Assembly: GCF_009914755.1 (NCBI RefSeq)
Contig: NC_060937.1
Reading direction: 5' to 3' (one strand)
Origin: the human T2T-CHM13v2.0 reference genome, Homo sapiens
DNA: 64,000 nucleotides
Under the pieces are notes generated by a model. It was not told the DNA's origin, ran no database searches, and saw nothing but the letters and a program-made list of their open reading frames with translations. The stretch's first letter is position 1. Each line of letters starts with the position of its first letter. Of this stretch, positions 26,218 through 40,296 are shown one piece after another. The translations under genes were made by a program, and so were the position numbers.

Positions 26218-26519
26218 TTTTTTTTTTTTTTTTGGAGACAGGGTCTCACTCTGTCATCCAAGCTGGAGTGCAATGGTGTGATCATGGCTCATGGCAGCCC
26301 TGACCTCCCAAGATCACATGATCCTCTTGCCTCAGCCTCCCAAGTAGCTGGGACCACAGGCAGGTGCCACCACACCTGGCTAATTTTTGAAAAATTGTTT
26401 GTAGAGATGGCGTCTTGCCATGTTGCCCAAGCTGGTCTCAAACTCCTGCACTCAAGCCATCCCTGCACCTCAGCCTCCCAAAGTGTTGGGATTACAGGCA
26501 TGAGCCACTGCACCCAGAC
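26218..26519 (-). mobile_element. AluJ SINE
   Basis: GAGACAGGGTCTCACTCTGTC...ATCATGGCTCA...CTCAAACTCCTG (J diagnostics). Confidence 0.94.
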
Positions 26520-26925
26520 TCCTGCTCTTAAAATGCCATTATTCATAGGCAACAGCTGCAGAATAGATAAGTGAGACTTCATCAAAATCAAAACCTGCTA
26601 TGCATCAAGGACACAACAAACACAGTAAGACAGAGTCAACAGAGGCAACCCAGGGAGGGGAGGAAATATGTGCAAATCATATACCTGATTGGGGTTAATA
26701 TCCAGAATATGTAAAGAAATACAACTCAACAACAAAACACAACTCAACTACAGAAGGGGCACAGCATGTGAACAGACATTTATCCGAAGAAGATACATAA
26801 ATGGCCAGTAAGCACAGGACAAGTTACCCTACAGCACCCCGCCCTGGGGAAGTGCAGACCAGAGCCCCATGAGATGCCACCTCACACCTGCAGGGATGGC
26901 AATTATAAAACGAAACAAAACAAAG

Positions 26926-27464
26926 TGTTACCAATGGAGGGTGTCCAGGTTCTTGGTGTTTTGAACAAAGAATTGGACAAAACACACAAAGCAACAAAGC
27001 AACAGCATATATTTATTGAAATGAAAGTACACTCCACAGAGTGGGAACAGGCTCTAGCAAGCAGCTTAAGAGCACCAGTTACAGAATTTTCTGGGATTTA
27101 AATACCCTCTAGAAGTTTCCCGTTGGTTACTTGGTTTACACCCTATGCAAATGAGGTAGTGGCCCACAACCTGTCTGATTGGCTGCAGAAGGTGACCAAT
27201 CAGAGGCTGAAGTGGAGTTACAAAGTTACACATGAAGACTTGGCCTGTGACCAGTCTGATCAGTTTCAGGAGGGGACCAATCAGAGGTACTTTCATTTTT
27301 CATCTGCAATGCAGAAAAAGGGTGGGGGGTGTTGCAAAGGGAGTAGCCTCTGATCCTTTGGCCACTTTGGGTTTGGAGAGGTGCAGTTTTTCTTTTGATT
27401 CTGTTCTAGGAAGTCAGTGTGAATCGGCCTTAGGTTCCCTGCCTCCAGACCCTATTCTGCCTCA
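26926..27464 (-). mobile_element. MER51-family ERV1 solo LTR with perfect 4-bp TSD
   Basis: TG...CA termini; minus strand begins TGAGGCAGAATAGGGTCTGGAGGCAGGGAACCTAAGG; TSD AAAG at 26922-26925 and 27465-27468. Confidence 0.88.
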
Positions 27465-27588
27465 AAAGAAAATAACAAGTGTTGGGAGCATAGGGAGAAA
27501 CAGGACCCCTGTGCACTGTCAGTGGGGATATAAAATGGTGCCATTGTTATGGAAGGCAGTATGGCGGCTCCCTAGAAAATCAAGCGTA

Positions 27589-27950
<362 letters not shown>

Positions 27951-29479
27951 TCAGGCTAATATTTGTTCCTGGGAGCACTATTCAGAATCGCCAAAATATA
28001 GAAACAACCCAAATGAACAGATAAACTAACGGTGAAATGTCCGTGCAATGGCAGGAGATTCGGACACACGCGACAGCATGGAGGAACCCGGAGGATGTTA
28101 CATGACATGAAATAAGCCAGCGATGAAAGGACAGAAACTGCATGATTTCACTTACATGACAGACCTAGAGTCGGCAAATTCATAGCGATGGAGAGTAGCC
28201 GGGGGGCTGCCCGGGGCTGGGGGAGGGAATGGGGAGTGAATGTTGAACGGGGACAGAGTTTCAGGTTGGGAAGATGAGAAAGTTCTGGAGATGGTGGTGG
28301 TGATGGCAACACAACAATCTGAGTGTGCTTAATGCCTCTGCCTGTGCACTTAAACGTGGGTCAGATGGTGAATGTTGTTATGTGTATTTTACCGCAATTT
28401 AAAAAAATATCTTGATGCTGCTGGCTATTGGGCATGCCTTCTCAAAATAAGACACCCATATCTTGCCACCACAGGGCTTTTTCTTGGGTGATTGCACTTC
28501 ATCTCTTATTAAAAATAGAAAAGAAGGAAAACATAGGATAGAGAAGATTCTCAGGTTATTTTGCTCAGATTTTTTTCTAAGATATCCTAAGAGTTGCCTC
28601 AGACATGGATTATTGCTTTTGGTATGGAAAATATATAAAAATGTGATAGAATCTTGGGTTGGAAGGAACCCTAGGAGGTCATGCTACATCTTCTTCAGTC
28701 TGCAGATACCATATCACTTCAATTACCCCAGGTGGAAGAGAATTTATTCTTCTTAGGAAAAATATCTCTTCTTACCCATTTCAATTGTAAGCTTTTCACT
28801 GACAGGAGAATGTTCTTTATAGCTCCTCCAACAGTCGCTTTGTTCAAAAGAGCATCTGCAGAGGACCTGCCTTGACCACGCTCTCTCCTGGGCAGATGGA
28901 GGCCCAGGGCAAATGAAGCAACATCTTCCTCATCACTCACAGGCCCAGGAGGGGCAGGCACAGCTCTGTTGACTTCCATCTTCTCCTCCAACCCCATGGT
29001 CAGGGAGAGCTCCAGGCATGTGTATCTACAAGATGAGAGACCAAAGCTCACCTCACTGCCTTCCCCTCCCCTCTTTCCTTCCTGCTTCCTTCCAGGCATC
29101 TTTTCTCATAGTGCGGTGTTCTCTGGAGCCCTCCTGTGTGAGCCTGGGTTCCTTTGGAGCCCCCAGTGAGACCTTTTGGTACCCTCCCATGTCCACCTGT
29201 TCCCCTTTTGCTGTGTACCTTGCAACAGAACCCTGTCTTCTAGAAAGGCTTTGTCAGTTTTAAAAAGAATGGAGTCACAGCATATGTGATGCAGTTATTA
29301 CAATAAAATTGGACTGGTATTCTGCTGCACTAGAACACTTCTAGAATTTACCAAATGTGCCACTTTTATCTTCAATTCCAGAGGTCTCCTAACCTTCAGA
29401 GGCAGTCAGACACTAGAATCACAGCACAGTCGGCCTTTCGATTGGGATCCACCTTCCGCTGGACAGTACAGCCAATAGA

Positions 29480-30470
29480 CATCTGGCTTACAGACTGGGG
29501 AGAATGCAGGTCGCTGACAACCTGCAGATTGTTCTTTCTAGGGTTAATATCCGTCTGCATTATTGCATTATCTAATCACTGATCAAAAAATGTTTAGCTG
29601 GAACCGGAACTGGTTCTTTGGGTGACACAGCAGTTGATCCTCCTGGTGTGTCACTTTATTTATTGCTCCATTGATAACTGTTCTCTCCAGTCCATGTGTT
29701 AATCTACCTGGAGGGTTCCCACAGGCACACCTCTGAGGTGGATCAGGCACCATTCTGTAGACAAAGATACTGAGGCTCAAAGACATTATTTTCCCAAATA
29801 AGGCCACCCATGTGTTTGGACTCCAGCTACATGATACCATTACAGAGTCAATGCAGGCATGGGAACTCCAGGGCTAGAATAAGGTCAGGGATACAGTTGG
29901 GCCTCCTGTGAGGGACATGGGGCCAGAGCCAACAGGGAGGACAAGATCAGTTCCCTTCCTGGCCCTCCTGAATGTGTGGCACCCATGTCTGCCCATTACT
30001 TGTCTGGCTGAGCTGATGGTCCTAACTGCTGGAAGGAAATCCAGAAGAGTAGATATTGATGTAAAGATTAAGTGAAATGCCATTATAATATGCAGCCTAT
30101 AGTTGAACTGTTTAATCTATCATTGCTATCTGTCACATTGCTCGATGACTGAAAGCAATTGCATTACCAATCTATAAAGCTGGAGTCGCTCCCTGGGTGA
30201 TAATTGACCAGATTTGTATTTCTATTCATGGGGTTTTTAAAAGGAGGTAAAAGTGGGTTGTGTCCAAGTACAGCATTTGATTGTGTTAATAAATGTGATA
30301 ATCAGGTTTGAATGTACAACAAAGTGCCTCCCACAAGTAGCGTGGAAGCCCACGCCACTGGGGGCCTGTAACCTTATAAAACCCCAGGCCATTGTCCCTA
30401 AATTACTGCATTTATTATACAAGGATTATTTCAACTGTACCCACTGGAATTATTTGTTCTAAAAGAAAAT
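29480..30470. promoter_or_regulatory. Candidate conserved non-coding elements (AT-rich blocks ~29530-29710 and ~30050-30470)
   Basis: Unique AT-rich tracts with GATTAA, TTTAATCT, CAATTG, GATAATTGAC and CTGTCA motifs; a short MIR-like piece lies at ~29750-29830. Confidence 0.35.
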
Positions 30471-33019
30471 TTTAAGTGAAGAGTCATTTAAGAAAAACAC
30501 ATTCTGCCTCTTCTACCCCTACCCTCCCTGTCAATCAGTGCCCTGGGAATTGGAGCACAACTGGGTTGAACTCCCCAGAATCACAGGAGGGGCTTTCTGG
30601 ACTCTCGGTGGAGGTCTGCGGTACAGGCTTGTCTGGGTCTCAGCAGCGCAGCCACTGAACCCCGCCTGGGTGGGGGCTAGGCTCTAGCAGGTGGAGGCCC
30701 TGGTCCCCCTGGCTCCAGAGACATTGCTCGGCTCGTGACACCTTGACCGTTTTACCTGGGACTCAAGCCAACTGTTCACCCAGCAGAGGACCTGAAATGG
30801 GACTGTCCTGTGGTGAAAGGCACCAGGTGTCAGAGCAGCCAGACCCTGGCTTAGTGCTCTTGTGGCCGCTCGCACACACTCCCTCTGGGGAGGCCCTCCA
30901 GGCTCTGGATACCAGCAAGGTATCTAAGCCCTCCTCATGTCTCCATCTGCAGAGAGAAGCCCAGGCTACCCACCGTGCATGCTTCCTGTGAGGGTTCCAG
31001 ATACCTCCAGCAAAGCAGTCAGCTCTCAAAACAACCACGCCAATACCAGGAATAGTTATTAATATTTATAATATTGACTGCAACTTTCTTCCTCAGGTTT
31101 TGAAATTTGGAAGTCCAATTTCCAACTAGGGTACAGCAGAAGTGTGCAATCAAAGTGGGTTATGTGGGAGGAGCTGAGTCTGGTTCTTTGACGTTGACCC
31201 TCGTGTGGTCTTGGAATCACCCTTGTGGGTTCAGGTGTCACTGTCTGCCTGAGGGCTGGGGAAGCAGCCCCGAGGAGGAAGCTGCTAGCGCATTGACAGT
31301 CTGTCATCTCACAGCTTGGCCTTTTGGGATGGTGATTGCTAGAGGCCTTTGTCACAGAGCACGAGCATGTTTGCAGACACCACCGACACCCCCAGAGCAT
31401 CTGCAACTACTTCCTTTACATAAACACCTGCCTTCCTGAGAGCCTGTCCACCCCTCCACCCTGAGTCTCGTCACCACCCTGCAGCCCACACTGGCTTCCA
31501 GGGAAAGACCCTCGAGGCCTTTCTGGAGGTTAAGGGCAATGAATTCATCAGCAGCAATTGCCATCTTCAACCTTTGCGCTGCCTTCTTAGGAGGCCTGAG
31601 AGCTGCAGGACAGCCTGTCTGACCTGTGGGCTAGCTTAGGCTCTGCTCCCACCTCACTTTGCTCTCTGTTCAGATTCATCTGAGAGCAAATGGCAAATAA
31701 CTGGAGAACACTTTGCAGCCTCCTGCGGGGGCCCCTCCCGCCATGCATTGAGCACAGAACACAGGGCCTTTTTGGCAACTGATCTCCTGTCTCTATTTCT
31801 ATGGCTCCTATCACCATGGTATCCAAGATCCCTGCAGGCATGAGGCTAAAAACAGAACCTGGGGGTGGGGGAGTGTGCCCTTGCTGACTTCACAGTTATG
31901 TTCTTCAGGGAACAAACTAAAAGCAGAACACTGGCTCCCTCCTCCCCACTGGGCACCCCAGAAGGCTGCCTTTCAGGCCTTAGGGTGCAGGGGCGGTGGG
32001 TGTGCCCTTTGAAGAGGGAGAGCGACCCAGGCCTGGCAACCCCAGCCTGGTGTCACTTAGGACCTGCTCAGAACCTGGGTACCTGGATTCCCACACCGTC
32101 CACATGCATGTAGGGTTGGCCAAGAGGCCAGATGCTGTGCTGGGCCGGGGGGGAACAGAATGAAGAAGACAGCCCCCGTCCTCAAGCAGACGGCAGGTCA
32201 TCTGAATCGAGCCTCACAGGAAGCCATGGCTGAGTCAGGATGAAATATGCCGAGTAACTGGCAGAGCGGCTGCAAATGTGTTAGAGGGCCAGGGAGGGAT
32301 TCCACGTGGCTTCATAGAGGGAGTGCTCCTGGCTGGGCTGGGTTGGGCCTGAGAAACCAAACAAGACTTTGGCAAGCAGAAATTGCTATGGAGTGAGTGG
32401 GTAGCCTCCTGGGACATCAGGGCATCACAGATGCAGCCTCCATGCCCCACCTCGGGGTGCACCTTTCAGCAAACAATTAAAGAGCTCTCCCTGCCAGGTG
32501 CTGAAGATGCAAATAATGGTGGAGCTAGGTCGGGGGTCATGGGAGGCCCTAGTGTGGGCTTGGTTCTAGGCAATGTGGAGCCAAGGAAGATTGTATTCAG
32601 GGATGTCACTGACCAAAGCTTTTTTAGTGTTTTATGTATGGGAATTCAATCATCAAATATTCTTCCTGTGATGTGGATGTGTTTCCAGCAACAGATTAGC
32701 GGTTAACATTACACACAGCAATGTCTTTCTGCGTACTGTATGCACTCATGGAAATTCACAGTTTAGTTCTCTCAGGTGAGAAGGCCGGGCTCTAGGCAAA
32801 TTCTACTTCATAGTTCTTTATGGTTTACAAAGCATTTCAGACCCATGGTTTTGGTGGATTCCAGGTGATGTGGCTGGCAGGCGGGTATCCCCAGCTGCAG
32901 TGTGGTGGTACAGACCCCCGTTTGACCAATGTCCTCCTCTGTGAGTCGAGGGCATATGAGGGCAGCCCATGCAGCAGCACTGGCAGGATCTAGGGGCTCA
33001 CACTGTGCTGGGAAGGAAG

Positions 33020-33380
33020 GGAACCTCATTCTGAGTTGGCCAAGCTGGGACTTGTCAGGTTGCGCCCATGCCCTGCGATCCAAGCCTCTGCCATGATGTC
33101 ACACCTTGCAGATGACCTTGGACTCTGCAGCCCTCCATATTCCCTCATGGAAAGCTAGTCGTGTTCTTCACTAGCTTTTGGAGGAAGGTTTTACAGACTG
33201 GGGAGCCTCCTTCTGAATTGGCCAAGCTGGGGCTTCCAGGCTGTGCCCACGCCCTGTGATCCAGGGCTCTGCCTTGAAGTCATGCCCTGCAGATGACCTT
33301 GGACTCTACAACCCTCCATGTTCCCTCGTGGGAAACTAGTCATGTTCTTCACTAGCTTTTGGAGGAAGGTTTTGTGGACT
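33020..33380 (+). repeat. Diverged two-copy tandem duplication, ~181-bp period
   Basis: TTGGCCAAGCTGGG...GATGACCTTGGACTCT...CTAGCTTTTGGAGGAAGGTTTT occurs twice (GATGACC at 33111 and 33292). Confidence 0.93.
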
Positions 33381-33724
33381 TGTTCCCCTAATGCTACATA
33401 ATTGTCTGTACTTTATACTTTCATGTTTTAACCTTGGAGCGTTTGCTAACTGAAAGAACCCACTCTCTGGAAACCACATTTCCTCCTCATTTCACGGTAA
33501 AATGGCAAAGTCCTTTCTTTTGTTTCCTAAACGCTATCACATGGCAGTCGATTGCTCTTCCTCCTCATAAGATAATTTCAAGTTAGGAATATATGAGAAG
33601 CCATTTCTGTCTCGTCAAAATTCCCTACAAAGGGATTTTGTTGAATCTTTTATAACAACCGTCTTAATGGACTTCTGGGTTGAAACTTGGCCGGTGCAGC
33701 CAACCATGTGAAGTGAATTGACGG

Positions 33725-34151
33725 GTACAGGTTGAATTGTTTCCCTCTTTAAAAAAAGCCAAAGTTCTAACTCCCAGTGCCTGTGACTGTGGCCTTGTTT
33801 GGAAATAAGGTCTTTACAGATAATCAGGTCAAGTTGAGGCCACTAGGGTGGCCCTGATCCGATAGGACTGCTATTCTCACGCAGAGAGGAACTGGGGCAC
33901 AGACATCCACGAAGGAAAGCTGTGGAGATGAGGGAGAGGACAGCCACCTGCAAGTGGAGAGACATCTGGGGCCATCAGGAGCCGGGGAAGAGGCAGAAAC
34001 AGACGCTCCCTCACGGCCCTCCCAGGACCCAGCCCTGCCAACACCTGCATCTTGGACTTCTGGCCTCCAGAACCCTGAGACAATACATTTGTGTTGTTTT
34101 GAGCTACCCTGATTGTGGCACTTTGTTATGGTGGCCCCTGGAAAGAATACA
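33725..34151 (+). mobile_element. MLT1B/C (MaLR) solo LTR
   Basis: GGTTGAATTG...TTTGGAAATAAGGTCTTTACAGAT...GACTTCTGGCCTCCAGAAC...TTTGTTATGG...AATACA. Confidence 0.88.
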
Positions 34152-34402
34152 CTGACTTAAGTTCAGTGATACAAGCCAGGTTGGCTCAGAGCCAACTGAC
34201 TCCTTTGGTCACTTAGAAGAACATTTCATCAATGCTTTGTGAATGTATCTCTGTAATGTTTCCATTTAAGAAACCTCCTAAAGTAAAGAAGCGCCCTATG
34301 TTCAGAACGCATTGCTGCAGCCTCTTAGAGAAAATGACCACATACAATTGTGATCCCCTCGTCAACCAATCAGCATCCAGCAGGGACAGCACAGGGTGGA
34401 AG

Positions 34403-34670
34403 CTGGAGCTTCCCATGGGCGGTGACAGGGCCGGCTTCTCCAGGACCTTCCCATGGGCAGTGACAGGGCCGGCTTCTCCAGGACCTTCCCATGGGCAGTG
34501 ACAGGGCCGGCTTCTCCAGGACCTTCCCATGGGCAGTGACAGGGCTGGCTTCTCCAGGACCTTCCCATGGGCAGTAACAGGGTCAGCTTCTCCAGGACCT
34601 TCCCATGGGTAGTGACAGGGCCAGCTTCTCCAGGAGCTTCCTGTGGGTGGTGACAGGGCGAGCTTCTCCA
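34403..34670 (+). repeat. 38-bp VNTR, ~7 copies
   Basis: Unit CTTCCCATGGGCAGTGACAGGGCCGGCTTCTCCAGGAC; period 38. Confidence 0.96.
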
Positions 34671-36149
34671 TGCCTTTAAATTTCTGATCTCTCATCAGTT
34701 TAAATATCTGCTATGTGATAGCTTTTCATCAAATCTGGCTATTTTTCTGCCTTTATTCTGGCTTTGTTAAAGCGCTCAACCAGGATCACTTTCCGTTACA
34801 TGTCTTGGAAAGCCCTGATAATTAGATTTAAATCATAAAATATGGTAATGCATGCAGATAGTAGCAGGATAAAGATTTCAAAGGCAACTTAATGTACTAT
34901 TGCCTTGGCAGAAACAGTTGAGTGCTGTGTAGCTGATACACTACGGGCTGCCGTGAGGCACAGGAAAGTGAACTAAGGAGAGCCTAAGAATCTACCAGGG
35001 CTGTGCCTGAGAGGCCAAGGGCTGGGATCGCTGTTAGATCTAAATCAATTATCTTGTAGTTCTTAAAATCTTTCCGAATTTGTTCCTTGCCATGTGCATG
35101 TGCCCATTTGGTGCTGCCAAATCTTCCAGCTGCGTATTTACTGAGTGTCTGCTCTCTGGAGTGCACACCATCAGGTGTTGGGGGTGTTTCAGAGTTTCAG
35201 CATGACTGAGCTCTCAGGGAAGAGAGACAACAGATGTACAAGTGACACCCGCTGTGTGTCCTGGAATGCCCACACTCCAGGACACGTGGAGAGAAGGAAG
35301 AAACAACTCACAAAGCAGACCATCTTCACCTAGGGGAGTGGACGTGAGCCCTGCTGGGGGCCACACGGTGAGGCATGACCTCCTAAGCATGTCTCTTGCT
35401 CCATCTCCCAAGCAAGGAGACGCCACAGCCCCAGGGGCTTTGGGGAGGTGACATAGCCAGGTGAGCAGGTGTTCTGGGGGAAGAAGTGGAGGGACTGTAG
35501 GATTAGGAAGATGGCCTGGCACACTGTTCACCACCTTTAACTGAGAAGGACTAGGACCCATGTGAGGAGATCTGCAAGAATTTCCTATCATCTGGTTATG
35601 AAATTTCATGAGAAAAGGCTCATGAGGGTGGGAGACAAGGACAGTCACAACTCACACAAAGAGGGAGCCGGGAGAGTGACCAGGGTAGGGGTGTCCAGGT
35701 CCCCTTGACTCGGGGCCAGCGCAGGACGGATGCACATGGTGGCCTCGTGGGGTGTGCTGGATGAAGTGGACTCCATCAGTAATTTTGCTGGCCTCCTGGG
35801 TGATGTATGGCAGGGAGTCAATTCATTCTTCCCAAAGAAAATGGGGGAGAGGTGCTCCGTCGGCTTCCTAGTCTGGGAAGATGTTCTGGGCCACTCCACT
35901 CACAGATGTGAACCTGGGGTTAGTGTCATTCATTCATCCCACAAACACTTATGGACCTAAACAAAGAAGGATCTTCGTAGCATCCCACATAGGAACTCAG
36001 TTCACCCACACGAGGCCTCCCTTGGCCACTCCACGTGAAGTCTTCACCATCCCTGCTGCCCTGTCTCCCTGAGGTCCCTCCACCTGCGGTGAGCTGCAGG
36101 ATGCTCTGCTCACTGTGTGCCTGGTTACCGCTGGTCACCACCCCAGCAG

Positions 36150-36277
36150 TCAGAGTACAGGGTGCAGGAGGGATGGATCCTTTGTCTTGTACACTGATGG
36201 GATCCCGGTGCTTAAAACAGGCCCTACCACATAGTAGGGGCTCCACCCATGTTTGTGGAATGAATGAATGACGAATG
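36150..36277 (+). mobile_element. L2 3' end
   Basis: TTTGTCTTGTACACTGATG...CACATAGTAGG...TGTTTGTGGAATGAATGAATG. Confidence 0.75.
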
Positions 36278-39200
36278 GGGAGAGAGTTTGGATTCTGCTG
36301 CTGACTGAGTGTGCACAGGTGGGGCAGCCTGAGGGAGGGACACTGAAGCCTGCTGTGGGCCTGCACACCAGCAGAGTCTCTGGTCATGTCAAATTGAACT
36401 TCAAATTCAAAGGAACAAATGCTGGTTGTCTTGCCTTGTATTTATTAGGTAAATGTTTCCCAATGCATAGCTCTGTTTTGGGAGCAGCTGGACGCATTAG
36501 TGGAAGCCATCAACTGCCTCCTGGAATCATTTAACACATCAACATTTTACAGCAGCAAATGGTGCCTTACAGCAGCAAGTCGGAGCCCTCTAGGATTTCT
36601 TTCAAAGCCCTTTTTGTCAGTGTCTGTTCAGATTGTCTGACTTCCTATTGAGCTAGAAAGGAAAACTTTAGAAAGTCGCTTGCACTGATATGCGGATGGG
36701 GGACTTCCGTCTTTTTTTTTTCATGCTTTAAATAAAGAATTGACGATATTGTTTTGATGTGTTAATATCCTGGTTTCTTCTAAATACATTTTCTTCTCTT
36801 CCTTTCATGAAAATGATCAGATTTGACCATGTTGCATCCTTAGCAGGTATGCAGGAAGCACGGGGTGACTGGGTGCTCCCTGGGGGCAAGCATTGTCCCC
36901 CACGAGTTCCTCAGGATGCCTGGTGTCCCGTGGTCATCTGGGTGAGTGAGGGAGTGAAGCCAGGTGTGAGGAAATGGATGGGTTGTAGGATGTAAGTTAC
37001 TGAATTCTGGGATTTAAAACAAGTACCTGTGCGGCCTGTAGGACTCAAGCCTTCACTAATTTGCTACACATCTTTCCGTGTTGCCTTCTGACCAAGTGTT
37101 AGTCTATAAAATTTCTTTTAATCACACTATGAAACTGAAAAAGGTTTTATCTTTCAGGCATGGCTGTGATTGTTTTGAAATGCCATTCTGTCTCTCTGTT
37201 GAGGTTTAATTATCTGTTATGAATAGCATCTGTGGAATTCATGTTGCCCAACTTGTTTTGGAAGAGAAACCATCAAATATTTGGTAGCAAGAAAGCCAAG
37301 TGATGATGGTTACATCAATCACACAACTCTGGGCTCTCCCTCTCATCAAAAGACACATTGCACAGCCCATCAGGGAGGAAAACATCCGGGAAATAGGGAC
37401 CGATGGCTGCCGTGCATGGCCTCACTCACTTTATGTGTTTTTTCAGCGATGTTGCCTCATGGTGCACACACATGTGCACACACATGAACACGCAGGCAGA
37501 CACACATTCTGGCCTCAATGCCTTCCAGCTCCCGCAGGCACCTGAACTCCGACTGAAATGTTACCTTCTGCCGGAGTTGTGGTCTCTGGAGATTTGCTCC
37601 TGCAGCATCAGGGGTCTCCAAACCCAAGGACACTTGTCTCCATGTGGAGGAAGCATTTGAATTTCTCCCCAGCTGCCTGGTCCCTCCCCTTTGAACGATG
37701 TTGTTGAACGTTGAGGCTCTAGTCACTTGAAAGTTCCATGGTTCATGGAAAGTTTGCTGCCTTCTTCTGCGGTGATGTGGGTTGGAACACTGCTTAGCGT
37801 TCCGCCTCCCCCTTCTCTGACATGGCTCTGTAAGCGCTGTCTCATTAAGAGTAATGTTTTTTCCGTCATGGGTATTCTGTTAGAGTTGTTCCATCTCCAA
37901 ATATGTTTTTTTCCCATATCCACATGTCAATCAGCAACTTGTCTCAGGCTCGAAAATGATAGTCGGGAGAGTTGAAATCGCTAGCAGTTTTAACACCAAA
38001 ATGTAACCATTCCAGGCTCAGAATGACTGCAGAATAAATAGCTGCATTCAAAATTGGGCCACATTGCAAAGGCAAGTGCCCAGGTTATTCTAGAGTAATC
38101 TTGGGCATTGCAAGTCAAGTCAGTCTGGTTTTCTTGAATGAGTGAGAACCCAGGTTTTTCCACCCAAGGTCTCACTGGCCCAGCGAGCCGAAGCCTTGGG
38201 CTCACTTGCTTAGGCTCATGTGGACAACTGGATTGGACACACATTTTCACTGGAATTGTGCCCCTACAACTTTTCCAAAGGGAAAATCCCGGGTGTGCAT
38301 GGATGTGGGGATGGCTTTTATGTGTAGAAACAAGGGGAAGGGATGGCCCGGCAGGCCCGGAGGAGGAAATTTCCTGGGCAAGAGGATTCTGTAGACATGA
38401 GGCTGGGCTCCTTTTAATTTTGGGTGGCTCTAGGCCCAGGGACTATACCTGCTTAGCTTATTCCATAGAAGGTTCTCACAAGGCAAAGTTCAGGTGCTTG
38501 GCTTTGCATCTTGCACAGGCTTGGAGGGTGGGCATGACTTCAGGGAGAGACCCAACCACACGTGCAGGTGGCAGGTGGCACCCACATTCCAAAGAGTGGC
38601 AGATGGAGGTCCAGGCAGGGTTTGTGAGGCAGATGTCAGGGCACAGAGCTTTCCCACAGGTGAGCCCGGGACACTGGAGGTTCTGAGATGGTGGAAATGA
38701 AGGCAGTCTAGCGATGGAGATGGGGCCACAGTGCTGATCTACGTGGTGCAGGGCTTGGTTTAGAGAAAGTGGGGAGGTGATTTACCCTCACCTGCAGGAC
38801 TGGCAGCAGCCAAGACTCAGACAGTATTAGCCCTAGGATGAAATGTAGAAAAGGCCTTCAGAAACAAAGTGCTAATTTAGGGCCTGGAGTCAGGGTCAGT
38901 TCTTGACATCCACCTGCTCCCCAGTCCCAGGACAATCTGTTGCAAGCCTGGGTTATGACCCATATTTCATGGTTTGCAGACCACAGGTATGCCATGGAGG
39001 ATGACTGAGTTTGATCCTTGGCCCTCAATCTCAGCTCCCCAGCCCAGGACCCTGGCCACCTCTCCTGTCTCAGGCCATCCCTTCTGCGACCACACCCTGC
39101 TGACCAGGGACTCAGCCCTCGGGACTGAGAGGGCCTCCCCATGGCTTGGACCCCTTGGATATCACGCCAGCTTAGGTGGAACCTGGTTCACCAAGTAGCC

Positions 39201-40296
39201 TTGGATGCCTCAACATGTAAGACTAGGAATATCCAGAAGTTGCTGGCATCATCAACAGAATAGCTCTTTAAATGTACCATGGCCAGTTCCGAGTTTTCTT
39301 CCCAGGGCCAGAGCAGAGGGGCTGTGTGGGGAGGGAAGCGCACCACGGCCTCATCCCGGAAGCACCACGGGAAGCGTGGGGCTGGATCTTTGGGTGAGAT
39401 GTCATTTTGCAAGATGGCTCTTTCCAGAAAGCCCATGCGTGTGTTTCACAACGGGTTGATGTGAATCTGGTGCACTTCTGTGTGTTTCACAGTGGGTTGA
39501 TGCCACTGGAAGTGTGAATCTGGTGGACTTTCCCTTCTGGTCTACACAGTCTAGAAAGCACAAAGTAAGGAGGGAAAGGGAAGGAGAAAAGTGAGCTATG
39601 AAAAACCCAGTGATGACCTAATAATGACAAAGCTGACGGAAGCACAATGACAATCACAGCAAACACAGGTATGGTTTAGTGTGAAGATTCTGAGAGGATG
39701 GGCGCCAATGGGTCTGGCGGCGAACACACCGCAGATCCTCATCATCTTAGAGAGAAGTGACCACCCAGCAGCCCTGTTGGTGAAGGTGTGTCAGGATGAA
39801 ACGTTCCCACGGGACTAGTAAGCACAGAAAGGTGTGTGTGTGTGCCACCTGACTTTGCACTGCCCCAAAGCATCAAGGAAGCCGGGGGGCCAGGCCTGGC
39901 TCTTGTCTAAAAGAGCCCCTCGGAGACCTGGGGGGCTGGATGTGCCAGGACGGAGGGGTCTCAACCAGCTGGGACTCAACAGGCCATGGATGGCCACGCA
40001 CAGCTGACCCCACCATGCCCCTCATGGAGGTGCCTCCCTCCTGCATTCCGTCCGCATCCACCTGGGCAGTGGTGGCCCAGGACCTCACACCAGCCCCCGC
40101 TGGGGGAGCCTGGAGCCCCTCCCTCTGTGGGAGAAAGTCCGCTGGGATGCTGGCCCCTGCAGACAGAACCAGGACAAAGCACACGGGCCACGTGTCCAAA
40201 GACAAATAGGACAAAATTGGCATTCTGGTCTCTCCGACACCCTCAGCAAGGCCCAGCTCCGTCCAGTATCGGTATCTTGAAATGGGCACGATTTGT

